A DNA stretch of 54,399 nt. It comes from a virus. Taxonomy: Duplodnaviria > Caudoviricetes. The first letter of the stretch is position 1, and each line of letters starts with the position of its first letter. The stretch covers positions 1 through 54,399 of IMG/VR virus record IMGVR_UViG_3300043294_000079; one strand, given 5' to 3'. The position numbers were made by a program, and so were the translations under genes. Positions 1 to 10,139 of this stretch are shown in pieces. The notes under the pieces are model-generated. The model was not told the DNA's origin. It saw nothing but the letters and a program-made list of their open reading frames with translations, and did not search any database.

Positions 1-764
1 TGTACGGAGGACGCGGCATAGGCGTTGTAGTGGTTCGTAACCTGCGTGCTCGTCAGGCTGGTCGGATAGATTGCCGCGGCCTGGATCTGGCCCGTGAACT
101 GACGACCAACCTGGTGAAAACTGCCGCTGTTGTACCAATAGCCGGCATCATTGCCGACAGAAGCTCCCCACGTGGAGCCGCTCGGGGTGCTTGGAGTGCC
201 GACTCCGGTCTGGGTCGCGATGTTGTTGCCGTTGACGTACCAGGCGAGCGTGCCACCTGCGTCGCTCGTATAGACAACCACAACGTGATATTTGGTGGTC
301 GAGGACAGGGCGTAGGCATTCCCGCACCAGGCTGTGTTGTTAAAAAGACAGACTAGAGACGAGCCTGCGACATCACCAGAACCGCCGATGCCAAAGGCGT
401 ATCCGTGTTTGACACCGGCCCAGCTTTCGTCGGTGCCGTTCATCAACACACAGGTCCACTGACTGGTCGGCAAGGTTGGTGTCTTTATGCAGGCTTCCAA
501 CGACCAGGCTGACGTGGCTGTTGTTGGAGGCGTACTGCCGTTCAAGATAAGCCCGTTGTACCCCGTACCAGAATCTGAAGAACAGTCCATACAAGTATCG
601 GTTGCATCGCTTGGGATGATGCTCGCTCCGCCGAGGGTGATCGTTCCGGAGTAGTTGCCTGTGAACCCGTCGCCAGTAGCGTCGGCCGCGGACGGGCCAG
701 AAGCCTCATTCAACATCCACAGGACGGAGGGTGAGTCGCCGAGGACGACGGATTCATAGCTCAT
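1..764 (-). CDS. LamG/concanavalin A-like domain virion protein, N-terminal part (runs off the window; in frame with 53910..54398 if circular)
   Basis: Not in the ORF track. ATG at 764 overlaps the upstream stop (ATGA); open to position 1: MSYESVVLGDSPSVLWMLNEASG...WSLEACIK...KYHVVVVY...WYVNG...FTGQIQAAAIYPTSLTSTQVTNHY, a typical LamG-3 pattern. Confidence 0.8.
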   Translation of the reverse strand, partial: MSYESVVLGDSPSVLWMLNEASGPSAADATGDGFTGNYSGTITLGGASIIPSDATDTCMDCSSDSGTGYNGLILNGSTPPTTATSAWSLEACIKTPTLPTSQWTCVLMNGTDESWAGVKHGYAFGIGGSGDVAGSSLVCLFNNTAWCGNAYALSSTTKYHVVVVYTSDAGGTLAWYVNGNNIATQTGVGTPSTPSGSTWGASVGNDAGYWYNSGSFHQVGRQFTGQIQAAAIYPTSLTSTQVTNHYNAYAASSV

Positions 765-1978
765 GAGGCTGTGTTCCCCGATTGGGTGATGTTGTAGCAA
801 GTGCTGTCGACGTACACAGCACCATCGGGCCAGTCGGCGCCGGAGCCAAACCCGTTGTTGGTAGCGGTACCTTTGACACCGCTGTTGTTCGTGACCGTGA
901 TGTTGCTGTCATAAGCGGCCAGGTTGACGGGGTAGGGCGCTCCTCCCTGGTAGGTGCCGAGGGCCACCGTATTATTGGAGATCGTGCCATTGCTCGCGTT
1001 ATGGACCTCTACACCGTTACCTCCAGTGGTAAGGAGGGTGTTGTTGGTGATCGTGAAACCGGTGGTTACGATGCCGGTGATCGAGTTAAGGGTGATCGCG
1101 GCTTCCGTGGTGTTCGGGTAATAGGTCATGGTGTTTCCGGTGACGGTGACATCTCCACTATTGGCGGGTGCAGCGTTGCCGCCCATCGAGAGTAGGCCAA
1201 AGCTATTCCAGCCAATAGTGTTATTGATGATCGACACGTCCTGACTGTATTCGCCGGACGTATCAGTTTCCATATCCACCACTTCACCGCAGGCGCTGAT
1301 GGTGTTGTTCTCGATCGTGATGTTCCGGCCATCGGTGATCCCGATTGCCATACGTCCGTCGTTTTCAAGGGTCGAGTTCTCGATCACAATGCCGGTTGTC
1401 GGCCCCAAGGCGACATTGTTATCGTTGTCCTGGGTCTCCACCGAGTCACCGAAGGTCTGGTTGATGGTGACGTTGTTGACCATCCCGCCTTGTGTGTCAT
1501 TGAAGGCGATGCCGTACTGCCACTCGTAGTTCCCGTTGATGTTGCAGTAGTCGGTATTGTTGGGTCCAAGAACCGTCATGTTCTCGAAAGTGATATTACT
1601 GCCCCCCTCGGCTTCCCAGATGGTGTTGTTTGTACCGGTGGTCGTCCCGTTCCCGTAGAGGGTGTTCTCAAACGTCGAACCATTCCCGTTGACGATGACG
1701 TTGTTGAGGTAAGGGACGACGAGGGTCTCGTTGGCCTCGTAACACGCACCGCTCGGGAAGTTCACCTGCGCGCCATTGGACAGCGTCGCGAGCCACGCAT
1801 TGAGCGGAGTCGATACATCCGATGAACACGTGGCGTTGATGCTGGAGGGCGGCGAGACGTTCGGGTTGCCGCCGACGTAGACGGCGATCCCACCGCCACA
1901 GATCAGCGCACCGGTCACCCCGAGGGCGATGACCTTGTGGCGTTTCGAGGAGAACCAGGACTTCAGGCGCGCGAGCAT
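761..1978 (-). CDS. Right-handed parallel beta-helix (pectin lyase-like) protein with N-terminal TM/signal segment
   Basis: Repeated NITIENNTI/VSIINNTI/VTVTGNTM beta-helix coils; basic N-terminus followed by hydrophobic VIALGVTGALICGGGIAVYV. Confidence 0.8.
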   Translation of the reverse strand: MLARLKSWFSSKRHKVIALGVTGALICGGGIAVYVGGNPNVSPPSSINATCSSDVSTPLNAWLATLSNGAQVNFPSGACYEANETLVVPYLNNVIVNGNGSTFENTLYGNGTTTGTNNTIWEAEGGSNITFENMTVLGPNNTDYCNINGNYEWQYGIAFNDTQGGMVNNVTINQTFGDSVETQDNDNNVALGPTTGIVIENSTLENDGRMAIGITDGRNITIENNTISACGEVVDMETDTSGEYSQDVSIINNTIGWNSFGLLSMGGNAAPANSGDVTVTGNTMTYYPNTTEAAITLNSITGIVTTGFTITNNTLLTTGGNGVEVHNASNGTISNNTVALGTYQGGAPYPVNLAAYDSNITVTNNSGVKGTATNNGFGSGADWPDGAVYVDSTCYNITQSGNTAS

Positions 1979-1980
1979 GA

Positions 1981-2604
1981 CTACGCCGGCGTGGTAGCGA
2001 AGAAGCCGCAGTTCGCGTCAGGCGCCACCGAGACAACATCGGCCACTGTGGTCCCGAAGGTCACCAAACAGATCAGCGGTTCGGTCGACCCGGTCCCTGA
2101 CTGCGCGTCATAGATCACGCCGAAGGCGGCCGAGCTGGTCGAGCCGGGCCACGAAGCCGCGGCCGAGGTGTAGACCGTCACGGACTCGCCGGCGCATTGC
2201 CAGGTCACCCCTGAGTCGGTCACAACAGCGCCAACGACCGTGGGCCAGGTGGGCGCCGTGCCCGCTGTCGTACCTGCCACCACGCAGCGGTAGACGTACC
2301 CGTTGCCCGTGGGAGGACGAACGAGCTGGCCCACCGTCTCGGCAGTCGAGGCCGCCCACTGGACGGTCCACGAGTTGGCGACCACGACCGTCGCCGAGCA
2401 CGAGGCGAGCGTGGCACCGCCCGTCGTGTACCCGCTGCCCGAGGCGACCTCGTTGGTCAGGTCCGAGTAGTGGACCCAGGTGCCCAGGTTAGGCGACGCA
2501 GACGACGTGAGCAGCGCCATCTTGATCGTGTCGGTCGTCCACTTGACGTTGCCCAGGAACGCCTGGTCGATCGCATTGGCGAACAGATTCGAGCTGAGAG
2601 TCAT
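1981..2604 (-). CDS. Virion structural protein with inserted carbohydrate-binding-like module
   Basis: Start moved to ATG 2604 (RBS CAGGAGG); insert WAASTAETVGQLVRPPTGNGYVYRCVVAGTT...VTDSGVTWQC resembles CBM5/12-like modules of phage fibres. Confidence 0.65.
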   Translation of the reverse strand: MTLSSNLFANAIDQAFLGNVKWTTDTIKMALLTSSASPNLGTWVHYSDLTNEVASGSGYTTGGATLASCSATVVVANSWTVQWAASTAETVGQLVRPPTGNGYVYRCVVAGTTAGTAPTWPTVVGAVVTDSGVTWQCAGESVTVYTSAAASWPGSTSSAAFGVIYDAQSGTGSTEPLICLVTFGTTVADVVSVAPDANCGFFATTPA

Positions 2605-2760
2605 GGGTGTTCCTCCTGAGGACGTGCTGGTAGCGGTGCCGGTAAGCGAGACGGTCGGCGCCAACTTCCGGTAGAGGCGTCGGGCTGTAGATACCGGTTG
2701 GGAATGTCATGGGGCTCGCTCCTAGGCGGGTGCGGTCCAATGAAGGGCACGGGTCACTCC

Positions 2761-4377
2761 TCAGTAGTACGGGATGACACGCTGAGTCCCGTTGATGTTG
2801 ATGGTCAGATAACCCGCGGGAGTGGCCGGGAGTGCGCCCGCTCCGCCCGCTGATGGACTGCCCGATGATGTGGAGTAGGGACCGCTCAGTTCCAAGATGC
2901 CCGCACCAGCCCGCGAGAGTGTCGTGTCAACAGCAGCGCTTCCTGACCCCCAGACCAGTGCGCCACTAAGCCCAATGCCAAAGCGTGGGTATGTGCCCCA
3001 AGCGGTTTGAATGAAGTCCAGTTGGTCGCTTGAGTTGGCACTCGCGATGAACTGAGCACCGCCTTCGTGGGGGAGAAAGAATGTGTTATTGCAGTCCGTC
3101 CTGAGGAAACTCCAGCCGTGCGATACAACGGCGGGGAGAGCAGAGCCAGCGGGGATGGCTCCAGTTATCACTCCGGTTAGTCCATCGTGGGCCAGGTTGA
3201 TGACCGTAAGACTCTCAGCTTGAGTGGCGTAGCCGGTCCCCGCGATGCGGTTGACCAACGCACCACCGCCGTAGAGCGCCATGGCTACATTCTCTAGTGC
3301 CCACATGGTGCCGTTGCCCGCGCCCCCAAGATCGGTGAACACGGCCCAAGTAGCGGCGCCCCCGTTTGGAGAGTCGAACTCAACTCGCAGGCTTCGGATC
3401 GCAACGATATTGTTCCCAGGTAGGGACAGTGCCTGTTCATCTAGCTGGAAGATCCCAAGCGCACCCGCGCACCCGCCGTAGTCCAGATTGTCAATGACAA
3501 AGGAACTATCAAACTGAGTAGAAGCTAACTTCGCGTTGATACCGAACCCGCTTACTGCGTTGAAATACAGACCGTCCCAATGGACCTTCGTGTACGGGTA
3601 GGAGTTGCCAATCAGGATTGCGTCCGACGAACAGGACGTGAACATCACGTTATGGAGCTTGTTCCCCATGTCGCATCCGACAGCAGTCAGATCAAGGAGG
3701 TGTGCTGGTTGATGCGTACCGAACCCGCCGAGGGTCATATCGCAGATCGCCCAGTCGGATCCGTTGGCGGGGATGAGACTGGCGACAATGAGCGTCCCGC
3801 CCGCGGCCCCCGTCCATAACAGCGTGGTCGCGACGGCAGGGGGGGTACCGATCATCCCTTGACCAATAAGAATGCTGTTGCTGTACCACGTCAGTGGCGT
3901 TGAACTCTGATAGGTGCCCGGAGCAAAGATGATGCGGTAGAGGGTCGGAGCGTTCGCGTTAGCGACGTTGAGCACAGCCTGAATAGCGGCATGGTCGTCG
4001 CCCCCCGATGGCGGTGGTACATAGAGTGTGCCCCCGGGGACACCAAGTACGGTCGGAAAGCTGACGACGTAGGGACGGCCAACGCCGTTGCCGATGAAGA
4101 TGACGATGACGGGCGCCCCAACAGGGGGGACACCGCCCGAGAAGCCGGCGGCGGCTGCCGGTTGGTAGGGAGCGGGCCCGAAACCCGGTCCTGGGCCATA
4201 GGTCTCGGGAAGGGCGAACCACACGCACGGCAGCGTCACGGCTGTCTGCCCGGCGATCGAGATAGGCGCCGTGCCTACCTTGGTGACGACAGCTTCCTGC
4301 GGTCCCTGGATCGCCGGCGTCGGTGACCGAATGCCGGTGAGGTCCCGGAGCAGCTTCTGTGACCAGACGTCAGACAT
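2761..4377 (-). CDS. Central spike-like protein: Gp5/VgrG-type OB-fold fused to a pectate-lyase-like beta-helix
   Basis: PPVGAPVIVIFIGNGVGRPYVV matches the Gp5 OB motif; GGDDHAAIQAVL...IIFAPGTY is the typical start of a tailspike beta-helix; follows the hub gene. Confidence 0.7.
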   Translation of the reverse strand: MSDVWSQKLLRDLTGIRSPTPAIQGPQEAVVTKVGTAPISIAGQTAVTLPCVWFALPETYGPGPGFGPAPYQPAAAAGFSGGVPPVGAPVIVIFIGNGVGRPYVVSFPTVLGVPGGTLYVPPPSGGDDHAAIQAVLNVANANAPTLYRIIFAPGTYQSSTPLTWYSNSILIGQGMIGTPPAVATTLLWTGAAGGTLIVASLIPANGSDWAICDMTLGGFGTHQPAHLLDLTAVGCDMGNKLHNVMFTSCSSDAILIGNSYPYTKVHWDGLYFNAVSGFGINAKLASTQFDSSFVIDNLDYGGCAGALGIFQLDEQALSLPGNNIVAIRSLRVEFDSPNGGAATWAVFTDLGGAGNGTMWALENVAMALYGGGALVNRIAGTGYATQAESLTVINLAHDGLTGVITGAIPAGSALPAVVSHGWSFLRTDCNNTFFLPHEGGAQFIASANSSDQLDFIQTAWGTYPRFGIGLSGALVWGSGSAAVDTTLSRAGAGILELSGPYSTSSGSPSAGGAGALPATPAGYLTININGTQRVIPYY

Positions 4378-5350
4378 ATTGCAGCGTCGGCACGCCGAGC
4401 CGTACTTGCTCCGCTGTCATGGGCGTTTCGAGGGTCATGGTTCCCTCCGGGTTGAACAGGCTGCGTTGCATGCTGTAGATGAGCCACACACCCGAGAGCG
4501 GACCGAGGCGAGCGATGGTGACGCCCTGGCCCGGGTGATAAGGCCAGTACTGCGTGATCGCCGTGACCGAGATCTGGCCCCGCGGCATCCCGATGTCGTA
4601 GGTCCCGTCCATGTTCATGATCGCCGGGGTGAACTCGACGAGCGTGCCGGCAGAGGGGAACTCGGTGAGGAACCAGTCGTCGCCCCCGAGGTAGATCGTG
4701 TGCTCGCACTCGTAGACCCGGTAGCCGCACGAGTTGGCGAGCCGGTTGATGCAGGTCCACGAGTCCTCGTTCGGCGTCGAAGTCGTGCCACGGGCGATCG
4801 GCACGCTCGTCGAGACGGTCGAAGAGGCGGTGACGCCCGAACCGGTGTCGAAGCTGACCGCTCCCGGTTGGGCCACGAGCTTCGCGCCCGGCACAACCGA
4901 GAGAAGGTGCTCGACAAAGCCCGGCAAGTCCGTGGTCGAAGCCCAGGTCATGGCGCCCGTCTGCTTGCGCAGGTCGTAAGCGAGGGCCGCTTCGAAGGTG
5001 AGCTGGAGCTGGTCGCCCTGCTTGGCGAACTGCACGAGGGCGAAGTTGAGGCCGTCCCAGGCCAGCACGTCACCGAACTTGAAGATGCCCGAGTTGATGA
5101 TCGAGCGGAACGGGTCCTGCAGCTGCACGACGATGGACGAGGCGCCGTCGATTGTCCTGTTGAGCTGCATGTCGGTCACCCCGGAGGTGACGTTGGCAAC
5201 CTGCGCGGCGGCGCTCGGATTCGACTTGTGGCCCTGCACGAGGATGGGCACGATCTGGTTGAGCGGGACGGTGTTGATCAGCACGTCGGCGGCGGACAGT
5301 TGGCCCATGCCACGAGCGGGAGGTGTGCCTGAGGCGACGAGAAGGGTCAT
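4370..5350 (-). CDS. Baseplate hub protein (GpD/gp27/XkdQ-like)
   Basis: Position after the LysM protein; NEDSWTCINRLANSCGYRVYE and LSGVWLIYSMQRSL motifs. Confidence 0.7.
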   Translation of the reverse strand: MTLLVASGTPPARGMGQLSAADVLINTVPLNQIVPILVQGHKSNPSAAAQVANVTSGVTDMQLNRTIDGASSIVVQLQDPFRSIINSGIFKFGDVLAWDGLNFALVQFAKQGDQLQLTFEAALAYDLRKQTGAMTWASTTDLPGFVEHLLSVVPGAKLVAQPGAVSFDTGSGVTASSTVSTSVPIARGTTSTPNEDSWTCINRLANSCGYRVYECEHTIYLGGDDWFLTEFPSAGTLVEFTPAIMNMDGTYDIGMPRGQISVTAITQYWPYHPGQGVTIARLGPLSGVWLIYSMQRSLFNPEGTMTLETPMTAEQVRLGVPTLQYV

Positions 5351-6027
5351 GACGGGAGGATGATCCTTTGGCCCGGAGTCAGATTGGCGGGGTCACGGAT
5401 CGAGTTCACGGCCGCCAGCTCGGTCCACAGCGCCTGGTTGCCGAGGACCCGGGCAGCGATCTTGGCGAGGGTGTCACCCGCCTTGCACACATACGTCCGG
5501 CGGCTCGTCGATTTCCCCTGCGCGTTGAGGGCGAACTGGGCAGCCTGTGCGGGCGTCAGTTGCGTGAGGACCGAGGACGATGACGGCACGTACTCGTAGA
5601 GGGTGAGGTCGATCTTCTGCTGGATACGGTTGCCGCCGCCGTCACGGATCAGCTCGTCCTCGTTGAACTTGACGACGTACAGGACCCAGTAGAGGGCCTT
5701 GGCCTGGGCATCGATTGGGCCTGAAAGCTGGTGCACGGGCGGCTGCATCGCCCCGGGCGTCGGGTACTGCCAACCGAAGAGCGTGGCGCACTGCGGTTCG
5801 ATCGACTGGCCGGCGCCGTCGAGGATCAGCTCCAGCACGAGCGACATGGGCGACGCGTCGTACCATTGCGTGATGGCCTTTTGACGCGGGCGGTCCACGA
5901 TCTGCCAGCCCCCCGAAGAGCCCGAGCTCACCGGCTCGAACGAGCCGTTGCCGATCATCCCGAAGGTGACGGGAGTGCCGCGCGGGAGCACCGGGGTGAC
6001 CGTCAGAGTGTGGGGGAACTGGGCCAC
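5347..6027 (-). CDS. LysM-domain tail tube initiator/baseplate protein
   Basis: C-terminal LysM (YVCKAGDTLAKIAARVLGNQALWTELAAVNSIRDPANLTPGQRIILP); tube-like N-terminus; follows TMP. Confidence 0.85.
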   Translation of the reverse strand: MAQFPHTLTVTPVLPRGTPVTFGMIGNGSFEPVSSGSSGGWQIVDRPRQKAITQWYDASPMSLVLELILDGAGQSIEPQCATLFGWQYPTPGAMQPPVHQLSGPIDAQAKALYWVLYVVKFNEDELIRDGGGNRIQQKIDLTLYEYVPSSSSVLTQLTPAQAAQFALNAQGKSTSRRTYVCKAGDTLAKIAARVLGNQALWTELAAVNSIRDPANLTPGQRIILPS

Positions 6028-6082
6028 CAGGCATCACCCCCGGATGGGCGTAGAATTTGCGGGACGGAGACAGGAGCACGAA

Positions 6083-6553
6083 ATGGCAACTAAAGAAGAT
6101 GAGGCCTACGCCGAGATGATGGGCGGTACCCACCTGACCGAAGAGGAGCGGATTGCACGCAGTCGGCAGCTGACCGGCAGCTACAAGGGCCCGAGATCTG
6201 GCAGCCGCCGCGTGAACTGGATCGTCCGCATCATCGTGGTGTTGATACTGCTCACGATCGGTGGCGTGTGGCTGTTCCACAAAGCACACCCGGGGGGCCT
6301 GCCCAACGGATACTCGCAGACCGCTTTCGACAGTTACATCAAGAGCGACCTGGTTGCCTCTCCGTTCCGGATCAGCGGCATCGCGTCGGTCAGTTGTGTC
6401 ATGCCGAACTCCTGGGTGCCCGGCAAGACGTTCACCTGCTACGTGTACGGCAGTTCTTCGAACATCGAACTCGGCACAGTGACCGTGACGGTTACGCCGA
6501 CGCCTTCGGGCCGTGCATTCGCTGCAAACCTGGTGTGGCGGCCGGGGGCCTAG
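6083..6553 (+). CDS. Single-pass membrane protein, DUF4333-like extracellular domain (moron)
   Basis: RBS AGGAG at 6072, candidate -10 TAGAAT at 6051; TM WIVRIIVVLILLTIGGVWLF; VSC...PGKTFTCYV Cys pair. Confidence 0.65.
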   Translation: MATKEDEAYAEMMGGTHLTEEERIARSRQLTGSYKGPRSGSRRVNWIVRIIVVLILLTIGGVWLFHKAHPGGLPNGYSQTAFDSYIKSDLVASPFRISGIASVSCVMPNSWVPGKTFTCYVYGSSSNIELGTVTVTVTPTPSGRAFAANLVWRPGA

Positions 6554-9268
6554 CTACTTCCGCGCCACGGATGTCTTTGTACCGGCCACGGCCAGAGCGT
6601 GGATATTGGCCGGGCTGAAGGCCGCAGCGGCGTTGCTCGTTAGCGCGGCGATATGTGCCCCCGCCAGCTCAAGACTGGCCGCCGCGCTGTTCAGGTTCGT
6701 GGCGGCGGTGTTGGACTGCTGGGCCGCCGTCTTCTGGTCGTCCGATGCCGTCTTCAGGCTGTCGGCCGTGACGGAGTACTTCTTGGCCGCCGCAGAGAGA
6801 TCGAACTGCGCGTGCTGCGCCCCGAGGAAGCCGCCTGGACTGGTCCCTGTGGCGATCCCGAAGGTGGGGGACTCGCTGGGGGACGCCCCAAGGGCCTTCG
6901 CCCGCTGAGCGAAGTTGGCGGCCGTGACGCCGAGCCCTGCCTCGCTGGTGAATCGAGCATTGGCACCGGGAGTGGATACGTAGGACTGGATCGCCTTCGA
7001 GTAGGCGTTCTGGTTGCCCATCGAATAGAGGCCACCGATGGCGGCGCCGGCGCCGGCGCCGATGGCAGTCCCTACGACGGGGGCGACGTAACTTCCGATC
7101 GTGCCACCGACGATCGCGCCACGCAGAGCATCGTTGATTGAACGGGACTCCTGCGGGTTCTTGATGTGCTTGCTGATGGCGGGCGCGCCCCACTTGTTCA
7201 AGCCATAGAACGCAAGAGCGCCAACTGCCGTCCGTCCGGCCGCTCCGCGGAGGGCCGCGCCGAGTGAGCGACTACCCGCGTACCCGACACCGAGCATTCC
7301 CGCGTCCTCTTCAGCAATGGACGCCTCGCCGTTGGCCGCCACGCCGCCAACTCCGCCAACTCCACCGCGGCCCATCAGCATGTCCGCTGCCGTCTGCAAG
7401 CTCGCGGCGGACGCGTCCAGCGCCGACGCTGCCCCGGTGAGCGCGGCTCCCCCACTTGTGGCCACGCTACCTGTCAGCAGGTACTTCCCGATGTTGATGA
7501 CGCCGGTTCCGAGCTTCTCGACCACCGAGACGGTCTTCACGATCGCCGCACCTGCGACGATGGTGCCGGCAGCCGCGCCCAGGGCGTCGAGGGCCCACTT
7601 GTTCTTCCCGAACCACGACCCGATCTTGAGCAACACGCCCATGAACTCGTCGAGGGCCGGCGTCACGTCCTTGCCGACTCGGATGGTGAGGTTCTCCAAC
7701 TGCTGCTCGAACTTATGGAACGTGACGATGGGTTCGGCGAAGGCGAGCGCGAGCGCCTGACCGTAGGACTTGGGAGTCTCAGCACCCGAGATCGCCGCCT
7801 GTTTGCTGGCGAGGACGCCTCGTTCGTTCAACATCTGCATGATGGCCGCGCCAGTACGACCGCCACCGAACATCTGGCCGATGAGGTCGGCCATGACGGT
7901 CGCACCCGCCGTTTTGCCGGTCGTGCCGGCGTTGAAGCCCAAGCCCTGAAGCTGAGCGGGGGTCAGCGACTTGAGACCGCTGATGCCCTGGGTCTGAAGG
8001 AGCGAGACGAGGCCAGCGTTCGTGAAGCCGATCGACTTCAAGAAGTCCGCCGCGCCGGACACGCCAGAGTACTTCCCTGACGCGGCGCCGAAGATGCCGC
8101 CACCGATGAAGGACTTCCCGGACATCGCCTTTGTCTCCAGGCTGGCGAGGTAGTTCATCAAAGCAGTAGGGCCACCGGTACGGAGCAGGCCGCCCATGGT
8201 CGTCGCGTTGCCCCCGACGAGCTCGGTCGCCTGCACGGCCTTCTGCGAAGGGGCACCGAGCAGCCCGATCGCCGTCTTCAGGCGCGTCGAGGCTTGCTGA
8301 GCACCCATGGCGGGCGTGAGCACGTCCAGCATGGCGCCGATGTCGTTGAGCGACAGGCCAAAGGTCTTCGCCACGGGCAGGAGTCCGGTTCCCATGGCGG
8401 CCACCAGTTGAGCCGGAGTTATGTCGCCGTGGCCGGCCGCGGCGAGCACCCATTCGTTGATGGCCTTGCCGCCGGCCGCCGAATAGGTGAGCGCCGGTCC
8501 CCCCCGTGTGAGCGACATAGCGTTGGAGACGATGGCACCGTAGAGGCGCGCGACCGTGTCCGCGACCGCGTTCGGGCTGCCTGTGCTGGTGAGGACGGCG
8601 AGGTTCCCGGCCTGGGTGACCATGTCCTTCATGGACTGGGTGGTGATCTTGATCTTCGGGTTGGCCGAGGCGATCCGGTACATCATGTCGCCGACGCTGA
8701 CGGCAGCCATGCCCGTGGCGTCGCTGACGGCGATGGCCATCTTCGTGAAGGCCGGGAGCTGGGACTTGGACACACCGGCGGAGATGGCCAGCTGGGTCAT
8801 CTGCTGCTGGAAGGACATGTACTTCTTGACGCCCTCGTAGACCACGGCGGCGCCGATGACAGTGGCGTACTTGAGGATCTTGGTCGACGTGGCTACGGCG
8901 GAGGTCCATGCCGTCTTCGTCTCAGCGGCTGCTGCTGTCGATGAGGCGGCGATCTTGGTGTTGGCCGCGCTCACGCCCACGGCGGCGTCATCGGCGGCGC
9001 CTACGATGACGTCAGAGGCCTCTACGGTGGCGGCGGCCTGGGCCTTGACGGCATCGGCGGCTACGGCGCTCGAATCCACGACGGTGGCCGAGGATTCCTT
9101 GGAGGCGGCAGCGATGGACTCCTGGCTCGAATCGGCCAGCTCGGCGGCGCGCTCCTGCTCGTCGTTGAAGGCCTGCAGGGCGTCGGTGGCTGCTGCGAGC
9201 CCCGCACGGAAGGCAGGGCCGTTCAGGAGGGTGAGTCTGGCGCCTACGGGCTCGATCAGGTCGGACAT
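6554..9268 (-). CDS. Tape measure protein
   Basis: 904 aa, Ala/Gly-rich helical; TP901-like core (LLPVAKTFGLSLNDIGAMLDVLT...ASTRLKTAI); follows the tail chaperone. Confidence 0.92.
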   Translation of the reverse strand: MSDLIEPVGARLTLLNGPAFRAGLAAATDALQAFNDEQERAAELADSSQESIAAASKESSATVVDSSAVAADAVKAQAAATVEASDVIVGAADDAAVGVSAANTKIAASSTAAAAETKTAWTSAVATSTKILKYATVIGAAVVYEGVKKYMSFQQQMTQLAISAGVSKSQLPAFTKMAIAVSDATGMAAVSVGDMMYRIASANPKIKITTQSMKDMVTQAGNLAVLTSTGSPNAVADTVARLYGAIVSNAMSLTRGGPALTYSAAGGKAINEWVLAAAGHGDITPAQLVAAMGTGLLPVAKTFGLSLNDIGAMLDVLTPAMGAQQASTRLKTAIGLLGAPSQKAVQATELVGGNATTMGGLLRTGGPTALMNYLASLETKAMSGKSFIGGGIFGAASGKYSGVSGAADFLKSIGFTNAGLVSLLQTQGISGLKSLTPAQLQGLGFNAGTTGKTAGATVMADLIGQMFGGGRTGAAIMQMLNERGVLASKQAAISGAETPKSYGQALALAFAEPIVTFHKFEQQLENLTIRVGKDVTPALDEFMGVLLKIGSWFGKNKWALDALGAAAGTIVAGAAIVKTVSVVEKLGTGVINIGKYLLTGSVATSGGAALTGAASALDASAASLQTAADMLMGRGGVGGVGGVAANGEASIAEEDAGMLGVGYAGSRSLGAALRGAAGRTAVGALAFYGLNKWGAPAISKHIKNPQESRSINDALRGAIVGGTIGSYVAPVVGTAIGAGAGAAIGGLYSMGNQNAYSKAIQSYVSTPGANARFTSEAGLGVTAANFAQRAKALGASPSESPTFGIATGTSPGGFLGAQHAQFDLSAAAKKYSVTADSLKTASDDQKTAAQQSNTAATNLNSAAASLELAGAHIAALTSNAAAAFSPANIHALAVAGTKTSVARK

Positions 9269-9269
9269 C

Positions 9270-10102
9270 TCACCTCCAAGCGCAGCGTGATTTCACGATC
9301 GCCTCTACGAGCACCTTCAGCACGGCAGAGATCTCGCCCTGGCGTCGCTTGCCGTCGATCTCCAGGGCCTTGGAATAAATGGCCGAGCGGATCGACAACT
9401 CGACGCCCTCGGAGGACAGCCATGCCATGGGGTCACCGCCCGCGAGGGTGACCCAGGCGGCGTTCTCGATGAGGTAGTGGCCCCTTAGGGCCTTGGAAAA
9501 TCCGCCTCGGCGTCCTTGCTCGCCTGCCCGGACCAGTCGCCGAGCTGCAAGGCGGCAATCGTCACGTCCCCGTCCGTGCAGTAGGTGGCGCGTACGACAT
9601 CGACGGCCGTGGCTCCCTTGACGAGTGTAGGTCCGAGCATGGCGGCCAGGTCCGGGTCAAAGCGCGTCCAGCGCCCGTAAGGATCGCCTTCGCGAAGCGA
9701 GTACTTCGTCTCGTCGCCCGGAATCTGGGCGTAGATGCCTATGCAGGCGTCGGCGAGCACCTGGGCGTTGGTCTGGATCTCCCAGTCGTCGATCTTGCGC
9801 TTCTGGAACATCTCCTGCACTCGTTGGGCGTGAGACGGCGACACAGGGCTGTAGCGGACGAAGAGCCGCATCCCCATGCCGCGGCCGCGCGGGGGCGGGA
9901 CATCCCAACGGGGCACTTCGAGGTCGATCCAGAGTTCGTCGACGATCGAGGCGAGCTTGGCGTGCAGGTCGGCGAGCGGGCTCGCTGCTGGCGCCGGCTG
10001 GGCATGAAAAAGCCCGGCCCCGGACGTGCCGGAGCCGGGGTCGGTACTGACAGTCTCGTCGGGCACGAGGGACTCGACGGGTTGGACTGTGAGGTTGCTC
10101 AT
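9270..10102 (-). CDS. Tail assembly chaperone G/GT pair (G = 9485..10102; -1 frameshift product ends at 9270)
   Basis: G GAT TTT slippery heptamer at 9497-9503 just before the G stop; the -1 frame is open (SKALRGHYLIENAAW...KSRCAWR) to TGA 9270, abutting the TMP start. Confidence 0.8.
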
Positions 10103-10139
10103 GAGGGCGTGCTCCCTTTCTGATGCTGTTGTTGGCTGC

